From an uncultured bacterium (GTDB taxonomy: Bacteria > Krumholzibacteriota > Krumholzibacteriia > LZORAL124-64-63): a stretch of 64,000 nucleotides of DNA. The position numbers and the translations under genes are program-made. Positions 1 to 10,800 of this stretch are shown one piece after another; position 1 is the stretch's first letter, and each line of letters begins with the position of its first letter. The notes under the pieces were generated by a model that did no database searches, was not told the DNA's origin, and saw nothing but the letters and a program-made list of their open reading frames with translations. Location of the stretch: NCBI GenBank assembly GCA_963727525.1, contig CAVSGO010000003.1, positions 256,001 to 320,000 of the forward strand, read 5' to 3'.

Positions 1-56
1 CCGCACAGGGCCAGCGAGCGTAGGCGCGGGACGACGCGATCAGGGTTCGCGAACAC
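1..56 (-). CDS. 5' fragment of a gene downstream of the GH1 gene, running off the window edge
   Basis: AAGGAG RBS then GTG at 56, overlapping the GH1 3' end; open frame MFANPDRVVPRLRSLALC to the edge. Confidence 0.5.
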   Translation of the reverse strand, partial: MFANPDRVVPRLRSLALC

Positions 57-1443
57 GGGAGTCTCCTTGGCTGGCGGCGGGTACGGGCGCGTCGACGGCG
101 TGGGTGGCCACGACATCGCGATACCAAGCGACACTGTCCCGGGGGATGCGTCGCAGTGTCTGGGGATCGACGGCGTACAGCCCGAAGTGCTGGGTGTAGC
201 CGTAGCCCCATTCGAAGTTGTCCATCAGCGACCACACGAAGTACGCGTCCACCGGTACGCCGGCCGCGATGGCGCGATGCACGGCCTGCAGGTGGGAGCG
301 CAGGTAGGCGATGCGCCTGGTGTCGCGGATGCGGCCATCGGGATCGGGCGCGTCGTCATAGGCCGCACCGTTCTCGGTGATGGCGATGCGGGCGGGCCGG
401 TACTCGCGCTGGATGCGCACGAGGCTGGCGAGGAGGCCGTCGGGGTAGACCTCCCAGCCCATGGTGGTGCGCGATGGCGTGTCCGCGGGGGGCACCGCTT
501 CGGGCTGTCCGTCGGCGCCTGCGCGCATGACCACGCGGCTGTAGTAGTTCACGCCCAGGAAGTCCAGCGGTGCGGCGATGGCGTCCATGTCGCCCGGCTG
601 CACGAACGGCAGCTCGGGACCCGCCAGGTGGCCGCGGGCCACGCGGTCGGCGATCGCGTCGGCGGGGTACGTGCCACGGAACACCGGGTCGAGGTACCAG
701 CGGTTGAAGAAGCCGTCGAAGAAGCGGGCGGCGTCGTGGTCGGCCTCGCTGTCCGTGGCCGGATACGCCGGCGAGTGGATGAGCACGAGCCCCAGTTCGG
801 CCTGCGGCTGCTCGCGGCGGATGGCCGTCGTCGCGAAGCCGTGCGACAGCAGCAGATGGTGCGCCACGCGCAGCGCCTCGGCCGGGTCGCGATGGCCGGG
901 GGCGTGGTGCCCCTCCTCGTGGCCGAGCGTGGCGGCGCACCAGGGCTCGTTGTGCGTCACCCAGCGGCGCACGCGGTCGCCTAGGCGCCGGATCACCGCG
1001 CCGGCGTAGTCGACGAAGGCCGCCACCGTGTCGCGGTTCGCCCAGCCGCCGCGGTCTTGCAGCGCTTGCGGCAGATCCCAGTGGTAGAGCGTGGGCCAGG
1101 GTTCGATGCCGGCGGCCAGCAGGGCGTCGACGAGGGCGTCGTAGAAGTCGAGTCCCGCGGGGTTCACGGCACCGGTGCCGCCGGGGATGATGCGCGGCCA
1201 GGCGATGGAGAAACGGTACGCGCCCAGCCCGAGGTCGCGCATCACGGCGATGTCCTCACGCCAGCGGTGCCAGTGGTCGCACGCCCGCGCGGGCGTGGAG
1301 CCGTCAGCAATGCGGCCGGAGGTGGCGGCGAAGCGGTCCCAGATCGACTCCCCGCGCCCACCTTCGCGGCTGGCGCCCTCCACCTGCTGGGCCGAGGTGG
1401 CAGCGCCCCAGAGAAAGCCATCGGGGAAGCGGAGTCGTGCCAT
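40..1443 (-). CDS. GH1 beta-glucosidase
   Basis: FPDGFLWGAATSAQQVEG N-terminal signature, NEP acid/base, ITENG nucleophile, WSLMDNFEW. Confidence 0.95.
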   Translation of the reverse strand: MARLRFPDGFLWGAATSAQQVEGASREGGRGESIWDRFAATSGRIADGSTPARACDHWHRWREDIAVMRDLGLGAYRFSIAWPRIIPGGTGAVNPAGLDFYDALVDALLAAGIEPWPTLYHWDLPQALQDRGGWANRDTVAAFVDYAGAVIRRLGDRVRRWVTHNEPWCAATLGHEEGHHAPGHRDPAEALRVAHHLLLSHGFATTAIRREQPQAELGLVLIHSPAYPATDSEADHDAARFFDGFFNRWYLDPVFRGTYPADAIADRVARGHLAGPELPFVQPGDMDAIAAPLDFLGVNYYSRVVMRAGADGQPEAVPPADTPSRTTMGWEVYPDGLLASLVRIQREYRPARIAITENGAAYDDAPDPDGRIRDTRRIAYLRSHLQAVHRAIAAGVPVDAYFVWSLMDNFEWGYGYTQHFGLYAVDPQTLRRIPRDSVAWYRDVVATHAVDAPVPAASQGDSRVREP

Positions 1444-1504
1444 GTACGTCCACCCGTGATGCATCCGGTTCATCGCCAGCGGTCACGTGGGGCCCGAAAA
1501 TATT

Positions 1505-1527
1505 CTTTGTTCGGGCTCCGAACATAG
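1505..1527. promoter_or_regulatory. Palindromic operator copy 1 within the divergent promoter region
   Basis: CTTTGTTCGG-GCT-CCGAACATAG; overlaps TTGTTC-N17-TATGAT on + (1507-1535) and lies next to a minus-strand TTGACA (1552-1547). Confidence 0.8.
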
Positions 1528-1613
1528 TGTATGATGGGCACCGCCCTGTCAAGACTCCATTCGATCCGCGCCGGCACGCGCCGGGCGGGTCGCTCCCAGC
1601 AGGAGGTCCTTCC

Positions 1614-2589
1614 ATGACTCCACGCGCGACCGCGATCCTCGCCGTGATGGCCCTGGCCTGCGCCCTTCCGGCGGCCAGCTGGGCCATCACGCCCTATAGC
1701 CAGAACTTCGAGGGGCTCAACCAGGCCGATCCTGCCGCCCTCGCCAACGACGGCTGGGTGGTCTACGGCAACGTTTCCAGCCCGAGCGGCACGTATCTCT
1801 ACGGCTACGGACCCTTCCCCGCGCCCAACGACGGCAGCGGTTTCTGCCAGCTCACCACCGGCGAGGGTGGCACCGAGCAAGGCGCCCTGCAGCTCGTGGT
1901 CTACAGCGACTATCAGAACGCCGACCACGCCAACGGCAACATCATCGAGTCGAACGTCTACCATGAACAGACGATCGAAGCCGGCGACGTGGGTACCACC
2001 TGGACATTCGCATTTCAGGCCAAGCTGGGCAACATCGAGGGTGCGTCCACGGCCGCGGCGTTCCTCAAGACGCTCGATCCCGACAACGGCTATGCGCTCA
2101 CGAACTACATCACGACCGACATGACGAGCATCCCGGCCACGTGGAACGGCTACGAGGTGTCCATCACCGTCGACGCCAGCCTCGCGGGCCAGCTCCTGCA
2201 GTTCGGTTTCGTGAATACGGCCACCTACTACGAGGGCTCGGGCATCTTCTACGACAACCTCGACTTCCATCAGGGTGCCGACGTGGCCGTGCCCGACGCC
2301 ACCGAGTTCGCGGGCAACGCCTTGCGCCAGAATCACCCGAACCCGTTCAACCCCCGCACGGAGATCGATTTCTCCCTCGCGCGGACCGGCACCGTGTCCC
2401 TCGTCGGTGTACGACCTCGCCGGTCGCCGCGTCGCCGCCCTTGTGCAGGGCGACCTCGCCGCGGGCGAGCATCGCGTGGCCTGGGACGGCCGCACCGACG
2501 CGGGCGCAACCGCGCCCTCCGGACAGTATCGCTATGTGCTGCGCACGCCCGACGGCGTGGCCGCGCGCAGCATGGTCCTGCTGAAGTAG
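1614..2589 (+). CDS. Secreted protein of unknown function with C-terminal FlgD-Ig/T9SS-like domain; one extra base near 2401 (probable sequencing error, otherwise pseudogene)
   Basis: AGGAGG RBS, signal peptide, NHPNPFNPRTEIDFSL in one frame continuing as SVYDLAGRRVAALV...WDGR...MVLLK in another; close paralog of 6130-6852. Confidence 0.8.
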
Positions 2590-2596
2590 CGCCACG

Positions 2597-5500
2597 ATGG
2601 CCGGCCGACCGTTGCCCGCAAGGGACCCTTCTGCTGTCGTCGCGAGCTCGACGTCGCCCACTGGCGGCTTCGTCGAGCTCGACGGCGAACGGCACTACCG
2701 GATCGAGGCATACCACCGCCTCAAGCCGTTCCTCATGAGCCTGGCGAGCGACAGCGACCTGTGGATGTTCGTCACCTCCGGGGGCGGGCTCACGGCCGGC
2801 CGCGTCGATGCCGACGGCGCCCTCTTTCCGTACGAGACCGTCGACCGGCTTCACGACGCCCATCATCACACCGGGCCGATCACCCTGCTGCGCGTGGCGC
2901 GGCCCGACGGTGCCACGGTGCTGTGGGAACCGTTCACCGCCGTCACGGCGAATGACGCGGCGATCACGCGCCGTCTGGCCAAGAGCGCTCTGGGCAACAG
3001 TCTCGTGTTCGAGGAGATCGCGCGCGTGCTCGGCCTGGCGCTGCGATACCGCTGGTCGAACAGCGATGCGTATGGCTGGGTGCGCACGACGACGCTCGAG
3101 AACATGGGCGACACCCCGGTATCGCTCATGCTGCTCGACGGTCTGCGCAACATCTTGCCGTACGGAGCGCCAGTTGCGCTCTATCAGCAGGCCAGCGTGC
3201 TCGTCGATGCCTACAAGACGGCCGAGGTGGATCCCGACACCGGCCTGGGCGTTTTCGCCCTCACTGCGGGCATCACCGACCGCGCCGAGGCGCTCGAGGT
3301 GCTGCGCGCCAGCACCGTGTGGTGCCACGGTCTCGAGGGTGGCCGCGTGCACCTCGATGGCAATGTGGTGGCGGCGTTCCGGGCCGGCCGTGTGCTCCCG
3401 GCGCCGCCGACGCTGCACGGCGCGCGGGGGAACTACCTGGTGAGCGCCACGCTCACGCTCGCGCCGGGGGCGAGTGCGCAGTGGCTCATCGCGGCCGACA
3501 GCGGCCGCGATCACCGTCAGGTGGCGGCGCTGCGCCAGCAGATCCTCGGCGACCCCGACATCGACGCGCGCGTACGCGCGAGCATCGCCCACGACACGGA
3601 GCAGCTCCGGGATCGCGTAGCCAGCGCCGACGGCCTGCAGCTCACGCGCCGGCCCGAGGTCGCGAGCCACCACCTGGCCAACGTCCTCTTCAACGGCATG
3701 CGCGGCGGCGTCTTCGTGCATGGACACAGCATTCCCATGGCCGACCTGCGCGCCTTCCTGGCCGAACGCGGCCACCACGTGGCCGCGCGCCACGACGAGG
3801 CCCTCGCCGCCCTCCCCGCGACCATACCCGCGGCCGAGCTGCGCCGGTACGGCTTGGCGTCGGGCGATCCTGATCTGGCGCGCCTATGCCACGAGTATCT
3901 GCCCCTGTATTTCGGTCGGCGCCACGGCGATCCGAGCCGCCCCTGGAATCGCTTCGCCATCCGCGTGCGAGGCGCCGACGGCGAGCGCGAGCTGAACTTC
4001 GAGGGCAACTGGCGCGACATCTTCCAGAACTGGGAGGCGCTCTGTCTGTCGTTCCCGGGCTTCCTGCCGCACATCGTCGCGCGCTTCGTGAACGCCTCCA
4101 CCGTGGACGGCTTCAATCCCTACCGCATCACGCGCGATGGCGTGGACTGGGAAGTCGTCTCGCCCGACGATCCCTGGGGCAACATCGGCTACTGGGGCGA
4201 CCACCAGCTCATCTATCTCGTGCGCCTGCTCGAGCTGCTCAATCGGCACGATCCCGACGCTCTGGGCTCGCTGCTCACGGCGGGCATCTTCAGTTACGCG
4301 GACGTCCCCTATCGCATCCGGCCGTACGCCGAGATCCTCGCCAATCCCCGGGAGACGATCGACTTCGACACCGCGCGCGCCGCCCGTGTCGACGCGCGCG
4401 TGGCCCAGCGCGGCGCTGACGGCAAGCTGGTCGTCGATCGCGACGGCGCCATCCGGCGTGCCACGCTCCTCGAGAAGCTGCTCGTGCCCGCCCTCGCCAA
4501 GCTGTCGCAGCTCATTCCCGATGCCGGCATCTGGATGACCACCCAGCGCCCCGAGTGGAACGACGCCAACAACGCCCTGGCCGGCGGCGGCGTGTCCGTG
4601 GTCACGCTCTGCCACCTGCGCCGCTATCTGGCCTTCGTCGCCGACCTGCTCGAGCGCGAGGACGACGCCACGGTGACGATACCCGTGGAGATCGCCGACT
4701 GGCTCGCGCATATCGAGGTCGTGCTTGTCGAGCACGACGCACTGGCCGCGAACGTGTGCGACCCGCGCCGTCGCAAGCAGGTGATGGATGTTCTCGGCGA
4801 GGCCTTCTCGGACTACCGGACTCGCGTGTACGATCAGGGCTTTACCGGCGAAACGCCGCTGGCCTCGCGTCGCGTGGCCGCGCTGTGCCGGGCGGCGCTG
4901 CCGCTCGTGGAACGCAGCATCGCATCCAACCGGCGCGAGGACGGCCTCTATCACACGTACAACCTGCTCGCGTTCAGCGACGACGGATGCGGCGTGGCGG
5001 TGGTTCCCCTGGGCGAGATGCTCGAGGGTCAGGTGGCGGTGCTCGATGCTGGCGTGCTCGACGCCGCCGAAGCCCGCGCGGTCCTCGATGCGCTCTTCGT
5101 CAGCCAGATGTACCGGCCCGACCAGCACAGCTTCATGCTCTATCCGGCGCGCGATCTACCGGGTTTCCTGGCGCGCAACCAGGTGCCCGGGTCGCGCGTG
5201 CAGGCCGTGCCGCTGCTTGCCGCTTTGCTCGAGGTGGGCGACGTCTCCGTGCTATCCCGTGACGCCGATGGAATCCTCCGCTTCCAGGCCGATCTCGCCA
5301 CGGCGGACGATCTCGCCGCGGCTCTCGACGCGCTCGCGGAGCAGGCCGCGTGGGCCGACGCGGTGGCCCGCGACCGTACCGCCGTGATCGATCTGTACGA
5401 GACCGTGTTCGCGCACCGTTCCTACACCGGCCGCTCGGGCTACATGTATGCGTACGAGGGCGTGGGGTGCATCTACTGGCACATGGTGGCCAAGCTGCTG

Positions 5501-6073
5501 CTGGCCGTGCAGACCACGATCCTGCGCACCGCCGACGCCGACGCTCCGGACAATGCGCTCGTGGCCCACTACTTCCGCATCCGCGCGGGTCTCGGCTACG
5601 AGAAATCGGTGAGGGAGTATGGTGCGTTCCCCACCGACCCCTACTCCCACACGCCGGCCTCCGGCGGCGCCAAGCAGCCGGGCATGACGGGTCAGGTGAA
5701 GGAGGAGATCCTCAGCCGCTTCGGCGAGCTTGGCGTGGAGGTGGCGCGCGGCCTCGTGCGCTACCGGCCGCGTCTGCTGCGCGCGGACGAGGTCTTGCAG
5801 GACGCCTCCACGTTCTTCCACCACGACGCCGACGGCACCGTGCGTCCTCTCGTCGTCCCCGCCGGCGGTCTCGCCTTCACGCACTGCCAGGTGCCCGTGG
5901 TGTACGAGCCGAGCGAGGGCGACGCGTGGATCGAGGTCGCCTGGCTCGGCGCCCCGCCGCAGCGGCGCGCCGGCTGTGCCCTCGACGCGGCGCAGAGCGC
6001 GGCCTTGCTGGCGCGCGACGGCCACCTCGCCCACATCCGCGTGGGCATCCCGCGCCGCTTCCTCCACGCCTGA
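2597..6073 (+). CDS. GH149-like beta-1,3-glucan phosphorylase
   Basis: 1158 aa; motifs GGLTAGR, EYLPLYFGRRHGDPSRPWNRF, EGNWRDIFQNWEAL, IGYWGDHQ, YEGVGCIYWHMVAKL, FPTDPYSHTP, QPGMTGQVKE recalled from GH149 enzymes; GH1/GH17 context. Confidence 0.85.
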   Translation: MAGRPLPARDPSAVVASSTSPTGGFVELDGERHYRIEAYHRLKPFLMSLASDSDLWMFVTSGGGLTAGRVDADGALFPYETVDRLHDAHHHTGPITLLRVARPDGATVLWEPFTAVTANDAAITRRLAKSALGNSLVFEEIARVLGLALRYRWSNSDAYGWVRTTTLENMGDTPVSLMLLDGLRNILPYGAPVALYQQASVLVDAYKTAEVDPDTGLGVFALTAGITDRAEALEVLRASTVWCHGLEGGRVHLDGNVVAAFRAGRVLPAPPTLHGARGNYLVSATLTLAPGASAQWLIAADSGRDHRQVAALRQQILGDPDIDARVRASIAHDTEQLRDRVASADGLQLTRRPEVASHHLANVLFNGMRGGVFVHGHSIPMADLRAFLAERGHHVAARHDEALAALPATIPAAELRRYGLASGDPDLARLCHEYLPLYFGRRHGDPSRPWNRFAIRVRGADGERELNFEGNWRDIFQNWEALCLSFPGFLPHIVARFVNASTVDGFNPYRITRDGVDWEVVSPDDPWGNIGYWGDHQLIYLVRLLELLNRHDPDALGSLLTAGIFSYADVPYRIRPYAEILANPRETIDFDTARAARVDARVAQRGADGKLVVDRDGAIRRATLLEKLLVPALAKLSQLIPDAGIWMTTQRPEWNDANNALAGGGVSVVTLCHLRRYLAFVADLLEREDDATVTIPVEIADWLAHIEVVLVEHDALAANVCDPRRRKQVMDVLGEAFSDYRTRVYDQGFTGETPLASRRVAALCRAALPLVERSIASNRREDGLYHTYNLLAFSDDGCGVAVVPLGEMLEGQVAVLDAGVLDAAEARAVLDALFVSQMYRPDQHSFMLYPARDLPGFLARNQVPGSRVQAVPLLAALLEVGDVSVLSRDADGILRFQADLATADDLAAALDALAEQAAWADAVARDRTAVIDLYETVFAHRSYTGRSGYMYAYEGVGCIYWHMVAKLLLAVQTTILRTADADAPDNALVAHYFRIRAGLGYEKSVREYGAFPTDPYSHTPASGGAKQPGMTGQVKEEILSRFGELGVEVARGLVRYRPRLLRADEVLQDASTFFHHDADGTVRPLVVPAGGLAFTHCQVPVVYEPSEGDAWIEVAWLGAPPQRRAGCALDAAQSAALLARDGHLAHIRVGIPRRFLHA

Positions 6074-6081
6074 AAACCGCG

Positions 6082-6103
6082 GGCCCGGGGCGAACCCCGG
6101 GCC
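6082..6103. terminator. Hairpin between convergent genes
   Basis: GGCCCGGGG-CGAA-CCCCGGGCC. Confidence 0.6.
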
Positions 6104-6129
6104 ACGCACTGATCGCGAGTCGTGTCCGA

Positions 6130-6852
6130 TTAGTCGAACAGCGCCTTCACCGTGCTCCACGAGGCCGGCTCGGTGGCGACGGAGTCGTCCTGGTGGAAGT
6201 TGATGTTGTCGTAGAAGATGCCCGAGCTATCGTAGTTCGTCGCGTCGTTGGTGAAGCCGAACTGCAGGAGCTGGTTCTCGAGACTCGCATCGATGGTGAG
6301 GTTGATGGTGTAGCCAGCCCATGTGGCTGGGATGCTAGTCATGTCCAGTGTGATGTAGTTCGTCGTCGCGTAGCCGTTGTTGGGATCGAGCGTCTTGATG
6401 AATGCCGCGGCCGTGGAAGGGGCCACGATGTTGCCCAGCTTGGCCTCGAAATCGAACACCCAGGAATGGCCGACGTCACCGGCGGCGACCGTCTGCTCGT
6501 GATAGACGTTCGACTCGATGATGTTGCCGTTGGCATGGTCGGCATTGTTGTAGTCGCTGAAGACGACGAGCTGCTGCGCGCCCTGCTCGGTGCCGCCCTC
6601 GCCGGTGACGATCTGGCAGAACGCCGCGCCGTCGTTGGGCGCGGGGAAGGGACCGTAGCCGTAGAGGTAGCTATGGTCGGGCGCGAAGACGTTGCCGAAG
6701 ACCAGCCAACCGTCGTTGCCGAGGGCGGCGGTATCAGCCTGGTTGAGTCCCTCGAAATCCTGGCTGTAGGCTGCGAGCTGTGCCTGGCTCGTCGCGGGCA
6801 CGGCCACGGCCGCGATCGCGAGGGCACACAGGGCGATCACTCTGAGTTTCAT
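6130..6852 (-). CDS. Secreted protein, paralog of 1614-2589, with SWSTVKALFD C-terminal tail
   Basis: Signal peptide; shares YLYGYGPFPAPND and ADHANGNIIESNVYHEQT with the 1614 protein. Confidence 0.85.
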   Translation of the reverse strand: MKLRVIALCALAIAAVAVPATSQAQLAAYSQDFEGLNQADTAALGNDGWLVFGNVFAPDHSYLYGYGPFPAPNDGAAFCQIVTGEGGTEQGAQQLVVFSDYNNADHANGNIIESNVYHEQTVAAGDVGHSWVFDFEAKLGNIVAPSTAAAFIKTLDPNNGYATTNYITLDMTSIPATWAGYTINLTIDASLENQLLQFGFTNDATNYDSSGIFYDNINFHQDDSVATEPASWSTVKALFD

Positions 6853-6976
6853 CTTGCCAACCTCTCGTCTGGATGTCCGTGTTCGTCGCGGGACCGGACC
6901 GCGCGGAGGCAGCCGCCGGGCGGCAAGGATGAAGGGCGCACCCGGCCATGGTCCGACCTGATGCGACGAGTATAAA

Positions 6977-6999
6977 CTATGTTCGGTAACCGAATCAAG
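6977..6999. promoter_or_regulatory. Palindromic operator copy 2
   Basis: CTATGTTCGG-TAA-CCGAATCAAG; overlaps minus-strand TTGATT-N18-TATACT upstream of the 6852 start. Confidence 0.75.
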
Positions 7000-7195
7000 T
7001 CATTTTTTCCTGTTTCTGGCCCAGAATCGCCGGGTTTTCCGCTCCACGACTGCCTATCTGATCGCCGCGTGGTACCATCGTCTGGGTCGCGTGCGAGTGG
7101 GACGCGGGCGCGACGGCAGGGAACGGCTTTCAATCCCGCCGCCCGTTCGTTCAGGGAGCGACCTCACCCACTCAAGATCAACCTGGGAGGTAGTC

Positions 7196-7855
7196 ATGAG
7201 AACCCACGGCCTTGCCCTCGCGATCCTGACGGTCACGCTCATCATAGGGGGCTGCCAGACCGATACGGCCACCAAGCCGGACGATGGCGCCATGATCTCA
7301 GGCGCCACCGCGACCAAGGGTCTCGACGACCCGGCCTACTTCGACGATCTCGCCGGACAGATCGACAACCTCACCTGGCGGCGATTCAACGCACAGGTGG
7401 ATCTGGCGGGAGATTACGTCGAGTTCCGGCCGCCGACCTGGCCCCAGGACATGGTCTTCTCGGTGCGGATCGTTCCGCCACCAGAGTGTGGTCTGGTGCC
7501 TGGGACGACCTTCCAGTCCATCGCCATCGACCTGCCGCGGTGGCCCGCGGACGCCGACGCGGGGCCGATCGGCGACGGCACGCAGCTCCCGGTGCGATTC
7601 TGGCACCTTCCCGTGGGCGATTTCGACGTGGAGCTGGGTCTCTGCTTCGCACCGTGGCAAGACCTCGCCGCCTGTGACAATACCATCCTCGTCTATGATC
7701 TGAGCGACGCTCGGGCGGGCTTGCTACGGTTCGACGTCTTCCACGTGACGTATCCGATCCCCTCGAACGACTCCCCGCTGGTCGTCGACCCGTCGGAATG
7801 TACGACGCGTGACGACCCGGCGATCAAGATCGTCGAGCAGAAAGTCATCGACTAG
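7196..7855 (+). CDS. Hypothetical lipoprotein
   Basis: GGGAGG RBS; hydrophobic stretch then IGGC lipobox-like motif. Confidence 0.7.
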   Translation: MRTHGLALAILTVTLIIGGCQTDTATKPDDGAMISGATATKGLDDPAYFDDLAGQIDNLTWRRFNAQVDLAGDYVEFRPPTWPQDMVFSVRIVPPPECGLVPGTTFQSIAIDLPRWPADADAGPIGDGTQLPVRFWHLPVGDFDVELGLCFAPWQDLAACDNTILVYDLSDARAGLLRFDVFHVTYPIPSNDSPLVVDPSECTTRDDPAIKIVEQKVID

Positions 7856-7896
7856 GGCGCGACGGACCTTCACGCCTCGACGCGAACCGCGCCGGG

Positions 7897-10800
7897 TCAG
7901 AATGCGGTATGGACCGCCGTGAAGGCCCAGTAGTAGGGATGCTGCCAGGACTTGCTCGCCATCCGCACCTCGATCTGGGCGGTTCGCAATGCGGCCGCCC
8001 TCGTCGTTCCTGCCAGCAAGTGGTGATAGAAGCGTTCGGCCAGCATGCGCGCCGCGTCGTCGTCGACCTTGATGGACGACGCGACCACGGCCACCGCGCC
8101 GGCCCCGAGGAACGAGCGCACGAAACTGTCGGTCGATAGGCCACGATCGTTCGCGACCCGCGCCGTCTCGCAGCAGGAGAGATAGACGAGCGCGGCGTCC
8201 AGAGGGAGACTCCGGATCTCGCGGGGCGTGAGACCCCCGCCAGGTGATCCGGCGAGCAGGAGCGCGGAGTATTCCGGCGCACCCGGAAGGAACGTGGCGT
8301 GGCTCGCCACATGAATGGTGCCGAAGCGCGCGATGTCCAGGGACCGAACCTCGTTCCACGTCGCACGCTCACCCATCAGCATCTCGACCCTGCCGGCCGG
8401 CCAGAGAGCGGCCACGGCCTTGCCCTCGGATTCGGCCTGACGGAGTCCGTCGTTGCCGTGCCGTGCGTCATTGTTTGCCAGGACAAGGAGCGGGCGGACT
8501 GCAGGGGTGGGGGCAGGCAAGTCCACGGGTCGGTCGAGAGTCAGGTCGCCGAGGACCACGGGTCCGTGGTCGATCACCAGCACAGGCGCGCCGTCCGGTA
8601 CCGCCGCCTCCGGCTGCATCGGTTCAGGTAGTGCGGCCCAGGGCAGATCGATCAGCTCGGCGTCGGGGACGATCTCGAGCGTGCCTCCTGCCGGCCAGTG
8701 AGACCAGACCTGCGTCAGCAGGATCGACGCGAGTTCGCGCGCGGCAACCCAGTCCACCACGCGATCCGGGTATTCCATGTCCGTGATCACGTCGCGCGCC
8801 AGTGTCGCGATCCGCTGACGGTCGGGCAACTCCGACCACCACCAGTGGCCGTTGTTCGTCACCCACACGAACGCACGCTGGTCGCCGAGCAGGAACACCG
8901 CCAGGGGATCGTCGCGCTTCGCGGGCACGGGCAGTTCGCGCGTGCGGCCCCGGAGGATTCGGGCCACTCGTACGAATGCGGTCGCGCCGCCGTCGCCACG
9001 GGTACGGACCTGGGGAAAATCCCAGAGGAGGGACGCCGTGAATTCCGCCACCTCGCGCGCGAGTCCGTGCTGGGCCGCTCTCACGACCTCGTTCTCGACG
9101 TCGTCGACGGCTTCGCCGCGGACGAAGACGACGTCGCCCAGCAATTGGTTCGCGAGCTTCGGGTCATCCCGGCTCGCGGCGATACGCGCCTGCTCGAGTC
9201 GCAGGCGCGACCGGAGATCGCGGGGAGCGTCATGGGTCAGCATGGCGTCCACTTCCTCGAAGCAACGGCTGGCGTTCCCGACATCAGCCTCGCGCGCCCA
9301 GGCGATGCCGGTGAATAGCCTGGCCGCGATCCTCGGCCAGAACACGGGAGTGTCGAGATTCGCCGCGAAGAGTGCACGCGCCTCCGCGAGACGGCCGTCG
9401 CGGATCAGGATCTCACCGAGCCGGACCTGGCTACGGTCGATCAGCGGATCGTCGCGCATGCGTGTCGCCAGCTCGAGGCACTGCTGGTACGCGTCGACCG
9501 CGGTTGCATCGTCGCCCGCTAGGGCTGCCACCTCGGCGCGGCATTGCTGGAAGCGCCAGGAGGTCTGCAGGTTCTGGGTGGCGAAAGGATGCTCGGCCGC
9601 TCGCCGTAGCCTGTCGCGAGCCGCACCGAGATCGCCCTGCCTGGCACGGACGCGGGCGCCGATCAGCAGCAGTTCCCAGGCCGGATCCTGGTTTCCGCTC
9701 GAGAGAAAGAGCTGGTCGCTCCTGGCCTCGGCCGCGGCAAGATGCTCGATGGCCTGTGCGACGCGACCGGTTTCCAGGTCTTGCTGGACGAGATCGATCA
9801 GGAGCGAGCCGACCGAGCGGGTGTCGCCCTGGCGCGAGTCCCGAGCCTTGACCAGCGAGAGCAGGGAGTCGGCAGAGGCGAATTGCCCTTCCTGAAGGTC
9901 GATCCACATCCAGGCTTCGGTGATGGCATTGGCCGCCCGCCCACCTGTCCAGGTCGCATCGAGGTCCTCGGCCCGGTGCATCCAGTACAGGACCGAGTCC
10001 GGCGCCACGGCACGCCTGTGGACACTTCCGATGCCCAGGATGCTCTTGATGATGCCGAAGGTATCGCGCGTGGCGACCGCCAGCTCGCGCGTGCGGTGGA
10101 TCATCGCCAGCTCGCCGCTCAGATCACCCCGACTGTGCGCCAGGATCGCCAGCCGGCCCACGGCGACCCGTGTCCAGTTGGGGTAGCCCTCCGCGATCGC
10201 AAGAGTTTCGCATTCCGTGAAGATGGAGCGTGCGACATCATACTCGCACCGCGCGTCGCAGATCTGCCCCTGGAGGAGTCGGACCTGGATCTCCAGGTAG
10301 GGAGCATGCGCGCGGCGCGCGCATGCCGCGGCGTCCGCGCAGGCGACCAGGGCATCGCCGAGACTTCCAGCCCACAGGCTCGAACGCGCGATGTCGTACC
10401 AGTAGAGACCCGCGAGTACGGGGCCGCCCTCGTGCCAGGCCTCCTCGAGGTGAGCAGCGAGCCGCGCGATGCCGTCGGCGTGACGACCGGCGCGGCTCTC
10501 CACGAGCGCGAGGCGGTACGTGAGCCAGAGGCGTTGCAACGGATCGAGTTCGTCCGCCCGCGCCGACGCCGCCCAGAAGGCGTCGATGGCATCGGATCGG
10601 CGACCCCATTTGCGGCGGGCAAAGACGAATCGTGCGACGGCCGAGGTCGAGTCGTCACCTGCCGCGAGTGCGACCATCCGCTCGTAGGCGTCCTGCCGTC
10701 GCAGGAACTGATGCTCGGTGACGGCCGCGTCGATGCACAGGAAATCGTCAGGATGGGCTTCCCAGCGGCGGAAGAGGCTGTCCTCGGCGGCTACGCGGTC

